NCBI RefSeq assembly: GCF_001194135.2 | Contig: NC_068981.1 | Span: 118,168,624-118,210,325, forward strand | Reading direction: 5' to 3' | Length of the DNA stretch: 41,702 nt | Source of the DNA: Octopus bimaculoides | Lineage: Eukaryota | Shown: positions 40,321-41,702 of the stretch, piece after piece | How the letters are laid out: every line of letters starts with the position of its first letter | How positions within the stretch are numbered: the stretch's first letter is position 1 | The notes under the pieces: model-generated | Database searches by the model: none | What the model was told of the DNA's origin: nothing | Seen by the model: the letters and a program-made list of their open reading frames with translations, nothing else | Translations under genes and position numbers: made by a program

Positions 40321-40520
40321 TAGTGACGACTAAACTTGTTACCTTTCAGTTGGAAATTGCGAATAGCCACCTTATAATTCTCACTTCACCATTTTTGGAA
40401 CCAGTCAATGTTTCCTATGGTACAGTTCTATATTTAAGAGATAAGGGATTATGTACCCTATTTACATTATTTATATTATTTACATTCGACGGATATTTGT
40501 CCTTATCTTGTTTGTTGTTA

Positions 40521-40564
40521 ACACAACGTTTCGGCTGATATACCCTCCAGCCTTCTTCAGGTGT
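40521..40564 (-). ncRNA. Minimal type I hammerhead ribozyme motif (intact core)
   Basis: Minus strand reads ACAC-CTGAAGA-A-GGCTG(gagggtatat)CAGCC-GAAAC-GTT-GTGT: stem I 4 bp, stem II 5 bp, palindromic ACGT in place of stem III. Confidence 0.75.
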
Positions 40565-40634
40565 CTTGGAGAAATTTGAAACCTGAGTTCTCATTCCTAA
40601 GGTATTTTTCGATGTTGTTATTATTATTATTATA

Positions 40635-40682
<48 letters not shown>

Positions 40683-40970
40683 ATTATTATTATTACTGTT
40701 GTTGTTGTTTTTGTTGTTGTTGTTTTTGTTGTTGTTATTGTTCAGGTCACTGCTTGAAATCGAACTCGGAATCTTGGGGTTAGTAGTCCGTGCTCTTCAC
40801 CATTAAGCCATATACCCGTGGGCATATGGCGTAGTGGTTAAGAACGTGGGCTACTAACCCCAATATTCCGTGTTCGATTCCAAGCAGTGACCTGAATAAT
40901 AACAATGATAATAATAATTACGTCGAAATATACCTTAGGAATGAGAACCCAGGTTCGAAATTTCTCCAAG

Positions 40971-41014
40971 ACACCTGAAGAAAGCTGGAGGGTAGATCAG
41001 CCGAAACGTTGCGT
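40971..41014 (+). ncRNA. Minimal hammerhead motif, slightly decayed
   Basis: ACAC-CTGAAGA-A-AGCTG(gagggtagat)CAGCC-GAAAC-GTT-GCGT; one mismatch each in stem I and stem II. Confidence 0.6.
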
Positions 41015-41392
41015 TAACAACAAACAAGATAAGGACAAATATCCGTCGAATGTAAATAATGTAAATAAAGTAAATAAGGTGTTTCCTATGGTGTTCTCTA
41101 TAAGACTGACAAGGTGAGTTAACTTCTTTAACTCTCGGTGACGGAGTAATGGGTCACTGGTGAAGATTAACTAAATCTGAAATCAAAGCTGATATGTTTC
41201 CATCTCGCTTACCGTTGGGAACTTATCTCCCTTGTCACTTGTTAGAAAAATGCTCTCAGGTGGCTAAAAGTTGTTTTGACTCTTATTTCTGGCAACTCCG
41301 GTGCTGACTAGCACCCCACGTCACTTTAATGATGACTATACTCGTTGCCTTTAAGTTGTAAATTGCGAATAGCCATCTTTATATATATATAT

Positions 41393-41702
41393 CGTCTATT
41401 CAACTCTTTCTCTTTCCCTCCCGGCCCTTCTAAGCTTCTCTTCACTCTAGACATCCAGAGCCTCTATACAGTGATCCCCCACGACGAGGGGCTGCGTGCC
41501 CTGAAGGTTTTCTAGACCAACGCCCCAACCCACAACCCGACACCTCCACACTCATTCGTCTGGCCGAACTTGTCCTATCTCTCAACTGCTTCTCGTTCGC
41601 GGGAGATATCTACCAGCACTTCTCGGGAGTGGCCATGGGGACGAGAATGGGCCCCAACTACGCGAACCTCTTCGTTGGTTATGTTGAGGCCCAAATATTC
41701 TC
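41393..41702 (+). mobile_element. Penelope-like element RT fragment (different subgroup), runs off the window end
   Basis: RLFNSFSFPPGPSKLLFTLDIQSLYTVIPHDEGL, one frameshift near 41510, then ...LAELVLSLNCFSF...GVAMGTRMGPNYANLFVGYVE. Begins right after (TA)n. Not in the ORF track. Confidence 0.88.

Larger units (their letters stand above)
40422..41079. mobile_element. Palindromic head-to-head dimer of a tRNA-derived SINE, each arm with a hammerhead motif; 13-bp TSD
   Basis: Minus arm 40422-40817 and plus arm 40820-41079 are reverse complements around GCCATATACCC-GT-GGGCATATGGC. A box TGGCGTAGTGG and B box GTTCGATTCC are present. TGTTTCCTATGGT is duplicated at 40409-40421 and 41080-41092. Confidence 0.88.

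Noticed and set aside
40421-40440. Tc1/mariner MITE reading (TA + CAGTT... ends) of the palindromic element
   Set aside because: The 13-bp TSD, the truncated right arm and the tRNA head fit retrotransposition better.
40820-40892. Functional tRNA gene
   Set aside because: The acceptor and T stems do not pair properly, copies diverge, and it runs into a SINE body.

Overview
AT-rich, microsatellite-dense animal genomic DNA with about 3 kb of N gaps. The SINE families, repeat content and receptor type point to a cephalopod, probably Octopus (inference). Two host genes are supported. (1) A + strand aquaporin coding exon (2805-3452) has an atypical aromatic/arginine (ar/R) filter. (2) Two - strand exons (30139-30248, 28899-29353) of a nicotinic acetylcholine receptor (nAChR) alpha-type subunit carry the Pro-Ala-Lys M1-M2 motif typical of anion-selective Cys-loop channels. 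I could not find the 3' exons of either gene. The rest is mostly transposon debris: R4/Dong-type LINE fragments, two Penelope-like RT fragments, an RTE-like 3' end with three C2H2 fingers, tRNA-derived SINEs, a piggyBac-type MITE and a decayed mariner. The most striking structure is at 40422-41079: a head-to-head palindromic dimer of a tRNA-headed SINE. Each arm carries a minimal hammerhead-ribozyme motif, the arms join at a hairpin centre, and a 13-bp target-site duplication (TSD) flanks the whole. An internally deleted relative lies at 18728-19107 and an unrelated hammerhead at 15289-15323. All alignments were done by eye, no database searches were run, and repeat boundaries are approximate.
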